Shown here: one piece after another, positions 29,031 through 38,834 of the stretch
Layout of the letters: every line of letters starts with the position of its first letter
How positions within the stretch are numbered: the stretch's first letter is position 1
The notes under the pieces: generated by a model
What the model was told of the DNA's origin: nothing
The model's database searches: none
Seen by the model: the letters and a program-made list of their open reading frames with translations, nothing else
Origin: Nitrosopumilus sp.
Lineage (GTDB): Archaea; Thermoproteota; Nitrososphaeria; Nitrososphaerales; Nitrosopumilaceae
Assembly (NCBI GenBank): GCA_965203315.1
Contig: OZ241857.1
Location: 928,001-992,000 of the forward strand
DNA length: 64,000 bases
Direction of reading: 5' to 3'
Translations under genes and position numbers: made by a program

Positions 29031-29824
29031 TCTGTTATCACGTTAATCTTTCCTGGACTATATCCGGTTTGGTCTATCTCTGCTGATCGGAAACCGATTG
29101 TAGCTAGCTTGTCGTATAGTATCGAGACTTGAGCAAGATCTAGATCATCGATCATCTCTGGTTCGATCTCTATCTTTGCGTGACCCGCCATGTCTCGTAC
29201 ACGAACCTGTCGTGAACCAAGTAGTTGTTTTACCATCTGTTCACCAACCTCGACTCTTGCTAGTCTTGCAGCAGTGACACGTTGACCCCAAGGAATTCTA
29301 GATGCGAGACAAGAGTTTGACGGACGGTCATATACCGAGAGTCCAGCTCTTTTTGCACACTCGCGTACATCATACTTGGACATCTCTAGTTCTACTAGAG
29401 GACTCGATACTCCTCTTGCACGAAGAGCCGATATTCCAGGTCGATAGTCTCCTAGATCATCGATGTTTGTTCCATCTACAATAGTGGCAATGTTGTACTC
29501 TGCAGCAAGTTTGACTAGATGATCACCTAGTTCTGTTCTGCAATGATAGCAACGCTCTTGGTCATTTTTGACAAACGCTTCATTCTCTAGTTCGTTGTAT
29601 TGTATTATTACATGAGGTATACCAATCTCTGCTGCGACATGCTTTGCAGATCCAAGTTCGTCAGCAGAGAGGGTCTTATAGTCAGCAGTCACTGCCATTG
29701 CAGCATCGCCCAGTTTGGTATATGCAGCATATGCAACAAGACTGCTATCTACACCACCAGATAACGAGACCATTACATTTGATCTAGAATCAAACCATGC
29801 CACCAGTTGTTCAAGTTTGGTCAA
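29027..29824 (-). CDS. larE: Nickel-pincer cofactor sulfur transferase LarE
   Basis: PP-loop SGGVDS, RCYHC, DGTNIDD.GDYRPG, SCLASRIP; probable TTG start at 29824. Confidence 0.92.
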   Translation of the reverse strand: MTKLEQLVAWFDSRSNVMVSLSGGVDSSLVAYAAYTKLGDAAMAVTADYKTLSADELGSAKHVAAEIGIPHVIIQYNELENEAFVKNDQERCYHCRTELGDHLVKLAAEYNIATIVDGTNIDDLGDYRPGISALRARGVSSPLVELEMSKYDVRECAKRAGLSVYDRPSNSCLASRIPWGQRVTAARLARVEVGEQMVKQLLGSRQVRVRDMAGHAKIEIEPEMIDDLDLAQVSILYDKLATIGFRSAEIDQTGYSPGKINVITD

Positions 29825-31010
29825 GTGTCTCGATCTCCTTTCTGATTTGATACTCTGTATCTTTAATAGATTTAGCAAGTTTGGTGGATATGTCTAGTAG
29901 ATCGTCAAACTCGATCTTGAACGTCTCTCTTCCATTAAAAGACGATCTCTTGTATCTAACAGTAAATCTTTGATCACATATGACTATCTCGGCGGTATGA
30001 TTCGTTCTGGGTACCACAACTCGATCAACATGCGATACTCGTACTCCTAATGTACCGGTCTCAGATACCAGAGTGTCCACAAGAGTATCAGAGAGATGAT
30101 GATCACAGATTACTGATATCAGTATAGTTGGTCTAGACTTTTTTGTGATACCACTATACATAGAGACGTCGCGTGCACCATCTTTTAAGAGTCGATCAAC
30201 TAGACTACCTAGAATCTCACTCGATACATCATCTACGTTGGTCTCGAGAATAGATATACTATCAGAGCTGTGATTGGTGCCACGAACCATCTTGAGAACA
30301 TTTGCAAAGGTTTTGTGATCTCGCTGTCCAGCACCATACCCAATAGACGTAACTTGGAGTTGAGGATAGAACTGGATCGGTCTTGCAATACAAGAGAGTA
30401 TTGCAGCTCCAGTTGGTGTTGCAAGCTCGTCAGAGACACTAGCTCCATGTATGTACATTCCAGTATCTTTAAAGATCTCTAGTACAGCACTAGATGGATT
30501 GGACATTGTACCGTGTGAGAAATTAAATGTTCCACCACCTACACATACAGGCATACATAGTATATCATCATCAAACAGATCTAGATCATCTAGAGCTATT
30601 GCTGTTCCAACTATATCGATCAATGTATCGATGCTTGCCGTCTCGTGTAGATGTACTTTATCTGCATCGATACCGTGAACTGTGGCTTCTGCAGATATCA
30701 AGGTATCTATACAAGATCGTGTAAATGATTTAGCCTTTGATGAGAGATGTAGTGAATCAGCTGCATCGAGAATCGATTTTCGTATATCAGTAACGCTGTA
30801 CATGTCAGACTCTATCTCTAGATTAAGACTAGTAGATCTTATTCCATTCTTTATAGTATCTACAAAGGAGATGTGTTTGAGTGATGACTCGACATTGCAT
30901 GATCTTATTCCAGATATGATCTTTTCTCGATCAGCACCTAGATCTACCAAACATGATAAAATCATATCACCGGAGACTCCTGCCACTTGAGGATCTATTA
31001 CCAGCACCAT
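29811..31010 (-). CDS. larC: Nickel-pincer cofactor nickel insertase LarC
   Basis: AGVSGDMIL..LVDLG, AEATVHG...VHLHE, ELATPTGAAIL, LETNVDD, ETGTLGVR. Confidence 0.93.
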   Translation of the reverse strand: MVLVIDPQVAGVSGDMILSCLVDLGADREKIISGIRSCNVESSLKHISFVDTIKNGIRSTSLNLEIESDMYSVTDIRKSILDAADSLHLSSKAKSFTRSCIDTLISAEATVHGIDADKVHLHETASIDTLIDIVGTAIALDDLDLFDDDILCMPVCVGGGTFNFSHGTMSNPSSAVLEIFKDTGMYIHGASVSDELATPTGAAILSCIARPIQFYPQLQVTSIGYGAGQRDHKTFANVLKMVRGTNHSSDSISILETNVDDVSSEILGSLVDRLLKDGARDVSMYSGITKKSRPTILISVICDHHLSDTLVDTLVSETGTLGVRVSHVDRVVVPRTNHTAEIVICDQRFTVRYKRSSFNGRETFKIEFDDLLDISTKLAKSIKDTEYQIRKEIETLDQT

Positions 31011-31232
31011 TGTCTAACAAGATAACAAAATAAATATAAATTCGTCTGATTGATTTGAGTATTGGTCCTGTTTTTTATATTCTAACTCGGCAACACTCTT
31101 TGAATTTTGAGAAGTTGTCTTTGACAGTATTTAGTCTCGGCATAGATATCTAAATTCGATAACTTTGATTTACTATATCCATCTGCAATCTTGAGATACA
31201 AGCGAATTTTTCTAATCGTCAACGATAATTAG

Positions 31233-31720
31233 TTAGGTGGACAATCGTGGGAACAGAGTTGTAGTGCCCTTTAAAGAATCTGAGTCTAAAAAGAGTTCTG
31301 ACTCATGATGCACTGCTGCTTCTATAATTAAATTCTTAAAATCAAGATCGTTTTCAATTATACCATATATGGTATCAGTTGCGTATTTGTCGTCATCGTG
31401 ATCATGTATAACAGCCATGTTCATGTAAGTGGAAGCCGAGTTGTTTTCATAATACGCATATTTTATAATACCAACATCTTGAAATGCTTTTACAATTGCG
31501 TTCTCTACTAGTTCAGAGAACTTTTTACTGACTAGCTTTTGATTAGCTTGCATATTCTCCGTCACTATACCTCTAATGTCAGACATTAGATAATTCATGA
31601 TGGATTTTATCTCTTCCTTGTCTGCGTTGTGTATATAGTATTTTAGTACCTTGACTATGCTCTTCTCTATCTGCTTTAACGTCTTGTTTAACGCTTGCTA
31701 GTTTACTTTGGCTTTTTCAT
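31233..31720 (-). pseudogene. Disrupted paralog of 15875-16375
   Basis: Aligns from ATG 31720; small deletion/frameshift after MKKP and a CAG->TAG stop; residual ORF 31233-31598. Confidence 0.8.
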
Positions 31721-31931
31721 TATGTCTTGTTTGATCTTATGGTATATGGTACCGGTATGGTATATGGTATAGCACATGATATTAGCATAATGGTAATGTT
31801 TGTCATCCCAATAGGCGTTAGTCAATAAATCAGATCCCAAACCCACAGGATATCATACTTTCCATTCGTAAAGTACTTGTCAGAGATCTAGTATTTCAAA
31901 ATGAACATCTAGTATCAAAGTAAAATGATGT

Positions 31932-32849
31932 CTAGTATCTCGGAATGATTCCAAGTCTAGATCTTGCAGACACTATAATCATCGAGATGATTGCAACAGC
32001 TAGTATCAGCATTGCAATGGCACCAAACTCTGGAATTACCCAAGTGCCGATTATCTCAATCGTCTCTGATCCTACAGTAAACATGACGGTGACGTCGTTG
32101 TCATCGATGACATAGTCATCTGCCTCTTGACCATCAACTAGTGCCATAAGAATTCCGGTTTGAACTTCGGTTGATGGAGATATCGTAAATACACCATCAT
32201 CGTGAGCGTCAATGTTAACCACAATAGACTTTGCGTCAACATTGATCATTGCGCTTGTTACAGTACCACCTGTTATCGTATACGGGATACACTCACCACT
32301 TGCTTTGAGCTCGTTTGCAGAACATTCACGTGGTTCAGTTGGAGATATGGGTTGTGGAGTCGTGCCGGGCAGTGCTTCACCACCAGTCAGTGTTACACGT
32401 AGACTATTCTGTGCACTGCCATATGATACCTTTATGATGTATAGACCATCATACTTCCATAGTGAACCTGCTGTATTCAGTACAGTACGAAAACTCTTGT
32501 CACCTGCAACTCCTATTTGGTCTATAGTAACGATAGAATTGAGTGGATTGTATACAGTCACGATTACAGGAGCGCCAAACTCTACATTCGATACTTGACC
32601 AGACACTACAATCTCACTCTCATGATCGTATACCATCTTGTCTACAGAGACAGATAATGGTAGATCACGAAGTAGATTTGCTTCTGCAATCATCCTTGCC
32701 TCTTCTGGTGTACATTGTATACATGTCATATCATCAGTAGAAAGAGGATCTGAGACGGTCATCTCTGTGTCCTGTTGCGCATAAGCATCTATTGTTAAAA
32801 ATGGTATAATTGCAAATAGAGCTAACACACAGTAGCTTTTCATACACAA
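31932..32849 (-). CDS. PEFG-CTERM sorting domain surface protein with N-terminal CxxC
   Basis: Signal peptide, CIQC, Ig-like domain, WVIPEFG + TM + ARSR. Confidence 0.9.
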   Translation of the reverse strand: MCMKSYCVLALFAIIPFLTIDAYAQQDTEMTVSDPLSTDDMTCIQCTPEEARMIAEANLLRDLPLSVSVDKMVYDHESEIVVSGQVSNVEFGAPVIVTVYNPLNSIVTIDQIGVAGDKSFRTVLNTAGSLWKYDGLYIIKVSYGSAQNSLRVTLTGGEALPGTTPQPISPTEPRECSANELKASGECIPYTITGGTVTSAMINVDAKSIVVNIDAHDDGVFTISPSTEVQTGILMALVDGQEADDYVIDDNDVTVMFTVGSETIEIIGTWVIPEFGAIAMLILAVAIISMIIVSARSRLGIIPRY

Positions 32850-32972
32850 CCCTCTTTTTATGGCATATTATAAGTATATCGTATTTGGTATGACATTCAG
32901 CATACGATACATAGATCATGAATTCAGATTATACGATTAGATTTAATTAATGACACACAGATAAAAAACCTA

Positions 32973-33887
32973 ATGATTACAATAGTGGGATCAGGAAAGG
33001 TGGGAGGAGATGCTGCACTCTTTTCTGCACTAAAACAACTTGATGATCAGATACTATTGCTAGATGTAGTTGAGGGTCTTCCACAAGGCGAGGCCATGGA
33101 CATCAATCACATGTTGTCAGAACAGGGAATAGATGTAGAGGTCAAGGGATCAAACGACTTTGCAGATATGCGTGGATCTGATATAGTTGTCGTGGTTGCA
33201 GGGTCTGGAAGAAGACCAGGTATGACTAGGATGGATCTCTTGAAAAAGAATGCAACAATAGTAAAAGGCATAACACTACAGATCAAAGAGTATGCTTCAG
33301 ACTCGATCATAGTACCGGTAACAAACCCACTAGATCCAATGTCGTATATTGTTCAAAGGGTATCAGGCTTTGACAGATCCAGAGTCATAGGTATGGGAGG
33401 AATGTTGGATCTATCAAGATTTAGACAGTTTATTCATGAAGCTACAGGTTACTCTCGTGACGCAATTCGAGCTCTAGTTATTGGCGAACATGGTGAAGAG
33501 ATGTTGCCACTTGCAAGATTTGCGTCTGTGTCAGGTATACCGTTACCATCACTACTCTCAAGTGCAGAGATGAACGACTTGGTAACAAAGACAAAACATG
33601 TCGCAGCCAAAGTTATAGAACTAAAGGGTGCAACGGTTCATGCTCCCGGTAATGCAATATCATCTATACTTGCTGCCATAAAACAAGACAGAGATCAAGT
33701 AATTCCAGTATCGACGTTTCTGGATGGAGAGTATGGATACAATGACGTATCAATAGGAGTTCCAGCTGTCGTTGGCAAAGATGGCATCTCAAAGATAGTC
33801 GAGTTGGATCTCAACTCGGATGAGAGAGAGTCGTTTGCCAAAGCTATTCAAAATGTAAAGTCTGCAATATCTGGAATTGATATCTAG
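32973..33887 (+). CDS. mdh: Malate dehydrogenase (LDH-like)
   Basis: [33 protein letters not shown]. Confidence 0.95.
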   Translation: MITIVGSGKVGGDAALFSALKQLDDQILLLDVVEGLPQGEAMDINHMLSEQGIDVEVKGSNDFADMRGSDIVVVVAGSGRRPGMTRMDLLKKNATIVKGITLQIKEYASDSIIVPVTNPLDPMSYIVQRVSGFDRSRVIGMGGMLDLSRFRQFIHEATGYSRDAIRALVIGEHGEEMLPLARFASVSGIPLPSLLSSAEMNDLVTKTKHVAAKVIELKGATVHAPGNAISSILAAIKQDRDQVIPVSTFLDGEYGYNDVSIGVPAVVGKDGISKIVELDLNSDERESFAKAIQNVKSAISGIDI

Positions 33888-33931
33888 ATATTTTGGTAAT
33901 TATTATCTAATAGTGAATTATACATCATACA

Positions 33932-34669
33932 ATGGATACGGATCGTGACATAGCACTAGACGCATTGTATCAGATCGAAGAGATTGCCAAGATTGCCAAG
34001 GTCGACGTCAATAGAAGATCAAGGCGAGGCATTCCAGAGGTCATATATGCAGAGACCAAGAGACTATCTGAGATCAAATCCATAATTCAGGTTATGATCA
34101 AGCATAAAGAACCAGTACTGATATCTAGAATTCAAGATAGAGACTATACAAAGATCATGTCCTTTGCAAAACAGCTCGGGCTCAAAGTTAGATCAGGTAG
34201 AAACTCATCCACCTTGTTGCTATATCACAATACGATACAGTACGACAAGGGCCGAGTGGGAATTCTTTGTGCAGGAACATCAGATGTTGGTGTTGCTGAA
34301 GAATCAAGACTGATGTGCGAGAGTATGGGATGTAGATGCATCACGAGTTATGATGTCGGCGTTGCAGGAATTCAAAGAATATTTCCCGAATTGGAAAAGA
34401 TGGTAAAATCAAACATAGATTGTTTGATCGTAGTAGCCGGGATGGAGGGTGCACTAGCAACGGTAGTATCTAGTTTGGTAGATATTCCAGTTATCGGAGT
34501 GCCGACATCAGTAGGATACGGATTTGGGCAAAAAGGCGTTGCGGCACTCGCCTCTATGCTCCAAAGCTGTGCACTAGGCCTAGCTGTAGTAAATATCGAT
34601 GGCGGTATTGCAGCAGGTGGTATTGCGGCCAATATTGCAAATCGTGCAAGACGACGTAAAGACAAGTGA
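33932..34669 (+). CDS. larB: Nickel-pincer cofactor carboxylase/hydrolase LarB
   Basis: R..RRGIPEVIY, AGTSD.GVAEE, DVGVAG, AGMEGAL, VPTSVGYG, VVNIDGG. Confidence 0.93.
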   Translation: MDTDRDIALDALYQIEEIAKIAKVDVNRRSRRGIPEVIYAETKRLSEIKSIIQVMIKHKEPVLISRIQDRDYTKIMSFAKQLGLKVRSGRNSSTLLLYHNTIQYDKGRVGILCAGTSDVGVAEESRLMCESMGCRCITSYDVGVAGIQRIFPELEKMVKSNIDCLIVVAGMEGALATVVSSLVDIPVIGVPTSVGYGFGQKGVAALASMLQSCALGLAVVNIDGGIAAGGIAANIANRARRRKDK

Positions 34670-34686
34670 TCATCGTTGATTCAACT

Positions 34687-35247
34687 TGTCTTAAATGAAA
34701 ATTATTTCACATATAACGAGAAAAGCAGTAAGAGATAAAGTTGAATGAGTAGATAGCGTCACAATACAAGACAGACACAAGTTCAATCACCATAGCAAGC
34801 AGAATGAAGTGGGGTCAAGACAAGTTTATCAAATATAGCACATGTCAAGACTGGTTTGGCTCCAAAACAACACAAGGCCAGAAGACAAAAAACCAACTGC
34901 CAAAGAGATCAGAATAGTCAAAATGCATGACATTGATCCACAAAATGTAATTCATCTTTGAAAGAACATTGCAAACATAAAATCGTCCACATATTTGTAG
35001 TGGATAGTCCGTAAACTAATTGTAAGAGAGATTCTTTGGGGCATTTGAAAATGATGCTAGACACTAAACTTGAGTGGATGAACATATTGAATACCATAGT
35101 GAAATAGCACGTTTTGTACTCGATATGAAAACTGACGAGACGTATCTCAAAGCGTTTAGAATAAAATTGGCTAATGCCAAAGTTAGACAAGACTTTGAAT
35201 GGACAGACCAGAATTCTGAAAGTGTGAAATAGTTTTCATTCAAGACA
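34687..35247 (+). mobile_element. Degraded, internally deleted IS481-family element
   Basis: 25-bp TIRs with 2 mismatches and TGT...ACA ends (TGTCTTAAATGAAAATTATTTCACA / TGTGAAATAGTTTTCATTCAAGACA); frameshifted SP*TNCK/ERFFG remnant of the PQTNGKVERF integrase-core motif. Confidence 0.7.
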
Positions 35248-35299
35248 GTGTCGCAAAATCTCGTAAATGATATATACAATGATTGGGGCACAACTGTAG

Positions 35300-36880
35300 T
35301 TGGCTGGCAAACGAATTGTACTTACAGCAGATAGAAGCCTGATGACAAATTATCGAGGAAACTTTTTGTACGGGTTTATAGCGTGTGGTCCATACGAGGT
35401 TTTGCCAGAGTGGGTATTTGATAAAGTATTCTGTCCATCGGTTGAGACAGACAAGACGACAGGAGAGGTAAAGGTAGCTCAAGTTGGACTCAGACGAGTC
35501 GAGAGTTCATTGATACAAGGTGGGTATAGACGCGAGGATGTATTTATGGCACATCCTGAACAGCTCGCCAAGTCCATAGGCCCAGACACAAAGGTTGTAG
35601 GAATTAACGTAATGGATCCTCTAGGGATGGCTCCAGTTACGACAACAATGTCGCCTGAAAAGCTGTCCTATGTTGCAATGAAGTTCAAAAAGATGTGTGC
35701 TAGCATAATTCAACTCAAGAAAAAGTATGATTTCAAAGTAGTTGTTGGTGGAAACGGTGCTTGGGAGCTAGCCAAGTCAGATAGAATGAAGATTCATGGT
35801 ATCGATACGGTTGTGGTAGGAGAGGCAGACGAGTTGGCAATAGATCTCTTTGAAGATTTAGAGCGAGGTGATGCACCAGAGATGATGCATTGTTTTGTTA
35901 GAAATCTAGAAAATATTCCCATAATCGAGGGTCCTACAATAAACTCTTTGATAGAAGCCATGCGCGGTTGTGGACGAGGTTGTGACTTTTGCGATGTCAA
36001 CAAGCGCTCAAAGAAAGATCTACCACTAGAACGACTCCAACAAGAAGCAAAGATCAATTTGAAATATGGATTCGATTCGATATGGCTACACTCAGATGAG
36101 ATGTTACTTTATGGTTGTGATAATCGAGACTTTATTCCAAATCGTGACGCAATAACGGATCTCTGGAAAGGACTCAAGGGACTGGGCGCAAACTTTGTAG
36201 GTACCACACACATGACATTCTCTGCAGTAGCAGCAGATCCTGATCTAATGAAACAGATATCACATATCAACAGACAACATGAGACTGGTAGATGGTTGGC
36301 AACGAATCTAGGAATCGAGACTGTTGCTCCCGACATGGTAAAGAAACATCTTGGCGTCAAGACGAAACCGTTCTCTACCGAAGAGTGGGGCAGTGTTGTA
36401 CGTGAAGGGGCCAAGATCCTCAACGAGAATCATTGGTTCCCAGCAGCTACAATAATCATCGGATGGCCAGACGAAACACCAGATGATATCCAGTATACCA
36501 TAGACATGATGAGTGACTTTAGAGAGATGGACTTTAGAGGTCTAGTGGCTCCACTGTTGTATCAAGACTTTAGTGAAAAGAACTCGATGCACTTTGGAAA
36601 CTTGAACGAGGCACAGTTTACACTGTTTTGGAGATGTTGGGAGAACAATCTACGAGTCATAAATGATATAATTCCAATAATACTCAGAAACAAGACATAT
36701 GGTCCGCCTATGAAGATATTCATGTATGGAATTCTAAAGGCAGGAACTTGGGCCATCATGCGATATCTACGGGGGCTATGCAAAGATCTCTTCAACGGTA
36801 GAATGCCAGACGAGATAGTTGACAAGTACTCTAGGAGTAGATCTGTATCGATGCCAAAGATTCAGACAAAAAAATTATAG
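35300..36880 (+). CDS. B12-binding radical SAM protein, GDGT ring synthase (Grs)-like
   Basis: CGRGCDFC; N-terminal IVLTADRSLMTNY...GLRRVESSL pattern recalled from the Grs/MJ0865-type class; exact function not established. Confidence 0.75.
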   Translation: MAGKRIVLTADRSLMTNYRGNFLYGFIACGPYEVLPEWVFDKVFCPSVETDKTTGEVKVAQVGLRRVESSLIQGGYRREDVFMAHPEQLAKSIGPDTKVVGINVMDPLGMAPVTTTMSPEKLSYVAMKFKKMCASIIQLKKKYDFKVVVGGNGAWELAKSDRMKIHGIDTVVVGEADELAIDLFEDLERGDAPEMMHCFVRNLENIPIIEGPTINSLIEAMRGCGRGCDFCDVNKRSKKDLPLERLQQEAKINLKYGFDSIWLHSDEMLLYGCDNRDFIPNRDAITDLWKGLKGLGANFVGTTHMTFSAVAADPDLMKQISHINRQHETGRWLATNLGIETVAPDMVKKHLGVKTKPFSTEEWGSVVREGAKILNENHWFPAATIIIGWPDETPDDIQYTIDMMSDFREMDFRGLVAPLLYQDFSEKNSMHFGNLNEAQFTLFWRCWENNLRVINDIIPIILRNKTYGPPMKIFMYGILKAGTWAIMRYLRGLCKDLFNGRMPDEIVDKYSRSRSVSMPKIQTKKL

Positions 36881-37198
36881 TTGTGCGATTGCTGTATCAG
36901 CTATTGTATTTCGTTTTGGGGTCAACGAGATAAAGTAAATCTTGTCTGCTCGTTCCACAGCAGATACGTTACGAAACGATTTTGTAGACACGTCAAACTC
37001 GTATATGCCTGGCTCAAGTGAACCTTTTGAATACAGCATCAGATAGGTATCATTTGCTCCTTGATTTAGAGGGATAAATGACATGACATATCCTTTGTAG
37101 GATGCTATCGGCATTGTATTCTTCATTGGAGGTGCAGCTGATGTCAAGAACATAAAGACATCATCGATCGTCTCAAACTCTGTATACTCTATATGCAT
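36875..37198 (-). CDS. Hypothetical protein
   Basis: 107-aa ORF with ATG start and core-like codon use, convergent with the radical SAM gene. Confidence 0.7.
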   Translation of the reverse strand: MHIEYTEFETIDDVFMFLTSAAPPMKNTMPIASYKGYVMSFIPLNQGANDTYLMLYSKGSLEPGIYEFDVSTKSFRNVSAVERADKIYFISLTPKRNTIADTAIAQL

Positions 37199-37232
37199 TA
37201 GGTATCATATTACGCAGTAATATAATAATGTA

Positions 37233-38441
37233 CTAAGATCGACGTGAGCGGATACATCTATGTATCGTAATGCCTACAAGTGTCGGAGCTACGATATACA
37301 TTCCAATGTTTAGTGCAATCACAGATATTCCTAGACCCAATACGTCCATCTCAGAGCCGTCTTCTGCCAGAGTCATTATGGAGAGTGATGTAATCATTGG
37401 TGTGATGAATGCACGCACAGTTTGTTGGAAGGCTGGGTTGGATCGTTCCATGTCGGCGATTGTCGGCGAGAATGAATAGTATATCTGGTTAAAGCCAGCC
37501 ATGAATGCAGTACCAGAACCAGTACTCATTACAGTATTGTCTCGAATCTCACGCAAGAACTGAACTTGTGGAGCTAGCTCTGTCCCATGTGCTGCTGTAG
37601 CGATGAGACACCCACCACCAGTTGGTTCTGGTTCGGGCTCAGATGGTACACAGATACCATCCACTAGCTGAGTGCCTGGACCACAAGTGGGTTGAGGCTC
37701 TGGTATAGGAGGTACTTTTGGTACACACTCACCATCTACTCGCTCTGTGTCTGGAGGACAGGGTGGTGGCGGAGGAGGTGGTGGCGGAGGAGCGTCAGGT
37801 ACACAGTCGCCGTTTACTAGTGTTGTACCTTGCTCACATTCTATTGGAGCGGGTGCGTCAGGTACACAGTCGCCGTTTACTAGTGTTGTACCGTCAGGAC
37901 ACTCTATTGGAACCGGATCTGGTTTCGTTGGCTCGACTATCTTTTCTTTTGCTTCAAATGTTAGTATCTCTTCAGCTCTAACATCAGTACCTCCAAAGAA
38001 GACTTTGACAGTATAGTTACCACTGTCTTTCCAAAGTCTTTCACCTAGTGGAAATGTGTATGTGTAGCTACCATCGCTTGTTAAAGATGCAGAAGGAGAA
38101 GCTTTAGAGGGAGATATTTGACCAACGTGTATCAATCTATCAGCAGGAGAGAATATTTGAACTGTGATCGCTGTTTTTGGAGTTTTTGATGCATTGTAGT
38201 TCTTGATTTGACCGCTAAGTTCAACGGTCTCACCTGTGGTATAACTCGCCTGCGGTATAATCACATCTATACCAAGACTTAGCATTGGGATCATTGTAAG
38301 TGGTGGTGCATCATAGATATCAGATGGAATAATCATAGATAGTGGAGATACAGAATCTCCAAAAGAGTCTGTGACTCCCAATGACAAGAGAGATACAGAG
38401 AGTATTGCGATCGCAAACATACTATTTCGTTTCATATACAT
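37233..38441 (-). CDS. CFI-box-CTERM surface protein with Pro/Cys-rich stalk
   Basis: GGGCLIATAAHGTELAPQVQFLREIRDN; 63-bp tandem repeat encoding C..GTTLVNGDCVPDAP (about 37792-37911); poly-Pro run. Confidence 0.88.
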   Translation of the reverse strand: MYMKRNSMFAIAILSVSLLSLGVTDSFGDSVSPLSMIIPSDIYDAPPLTMIPMLSLGIDVIIPQASYTTGETVELSGQIKNYNASKTPKTAITVQIFSPADRLIHVGQISPSKASPSASLTSDGSYTYTFPLGERLWKDSGNYTVKVFFGGTDVRAEEILTFEAKEKIVEPTKPDPVPIECPDGTTLVNGDCVPDAPAPIECEQGTTLVNGDCVPDAPPPPPPPPPPCPPDTERVDGECVPKVPPIPEPQPTCGPGTQLVDGICVPSEPEPEPTGGGCLIATAAHGTELAPQVQFLREIRDNTVMSTGSGTAFMAGFNQIYYSFSPTIADMERSNPAFQQTVRAFITPMITSLSIMTLAEDGSEMDVLGLGISVIALNIGMYIVAPTLVGITIHRCIRSRRS

Positions 38442-38834
38442 ATCACTTCATTAATTGAAGGTATTTATGTTTTCAATAAAATAAATGTTGACTAAATGAC
38501 ATCATAAATTAGACATAGATCAGTGAGTCTGTACTTGAATACTCTACATTTGATGGTTGGGCATGTCAGTAGCAAAGTTACCTAGTACAACTAGAGGCAT
38601 AGTCAGATAGTTATGCATTATTTTTAATGTATAACTAGTGATATAGAGTGTACGAGAATTAGAGTGGATTACGAGTGTCGCATACATCACTCTGATCGAT
38701 CCAGCAAGAGATTTAGATCACTAGAATGAGTACGTTGATCTCAAGTCAGAGATGTCGAGTTCAACTGTGATTTTGAGTCTTGCTGTTTGTCATCTCGAGT
38801 ATTGTATATGAGAAGACCACAACATGAATGTCGG

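Noticed and set aside
15875-31720. Diversity-generating retroelement TR/VR pair
   Set aside because: No reverse transcriptase in the window, and the mismatches between the paralogs are not adenine-specific.
31886-31940. Three TCTAGTAT words at the end of the PEFG gene
   Set aside because: Short degenerate tandem duplication with 21-23-bp spacing and no evidence of function.
38241-38346. Third repeat-spacer-repeat candidate with a 72-bp period in the CFI-box gene
   Set aside because: Highly diverged, and the middle segment (PLTMIP) resembles the flanks, so a decayed 36-bp tandem triplication is the simpler explanation.
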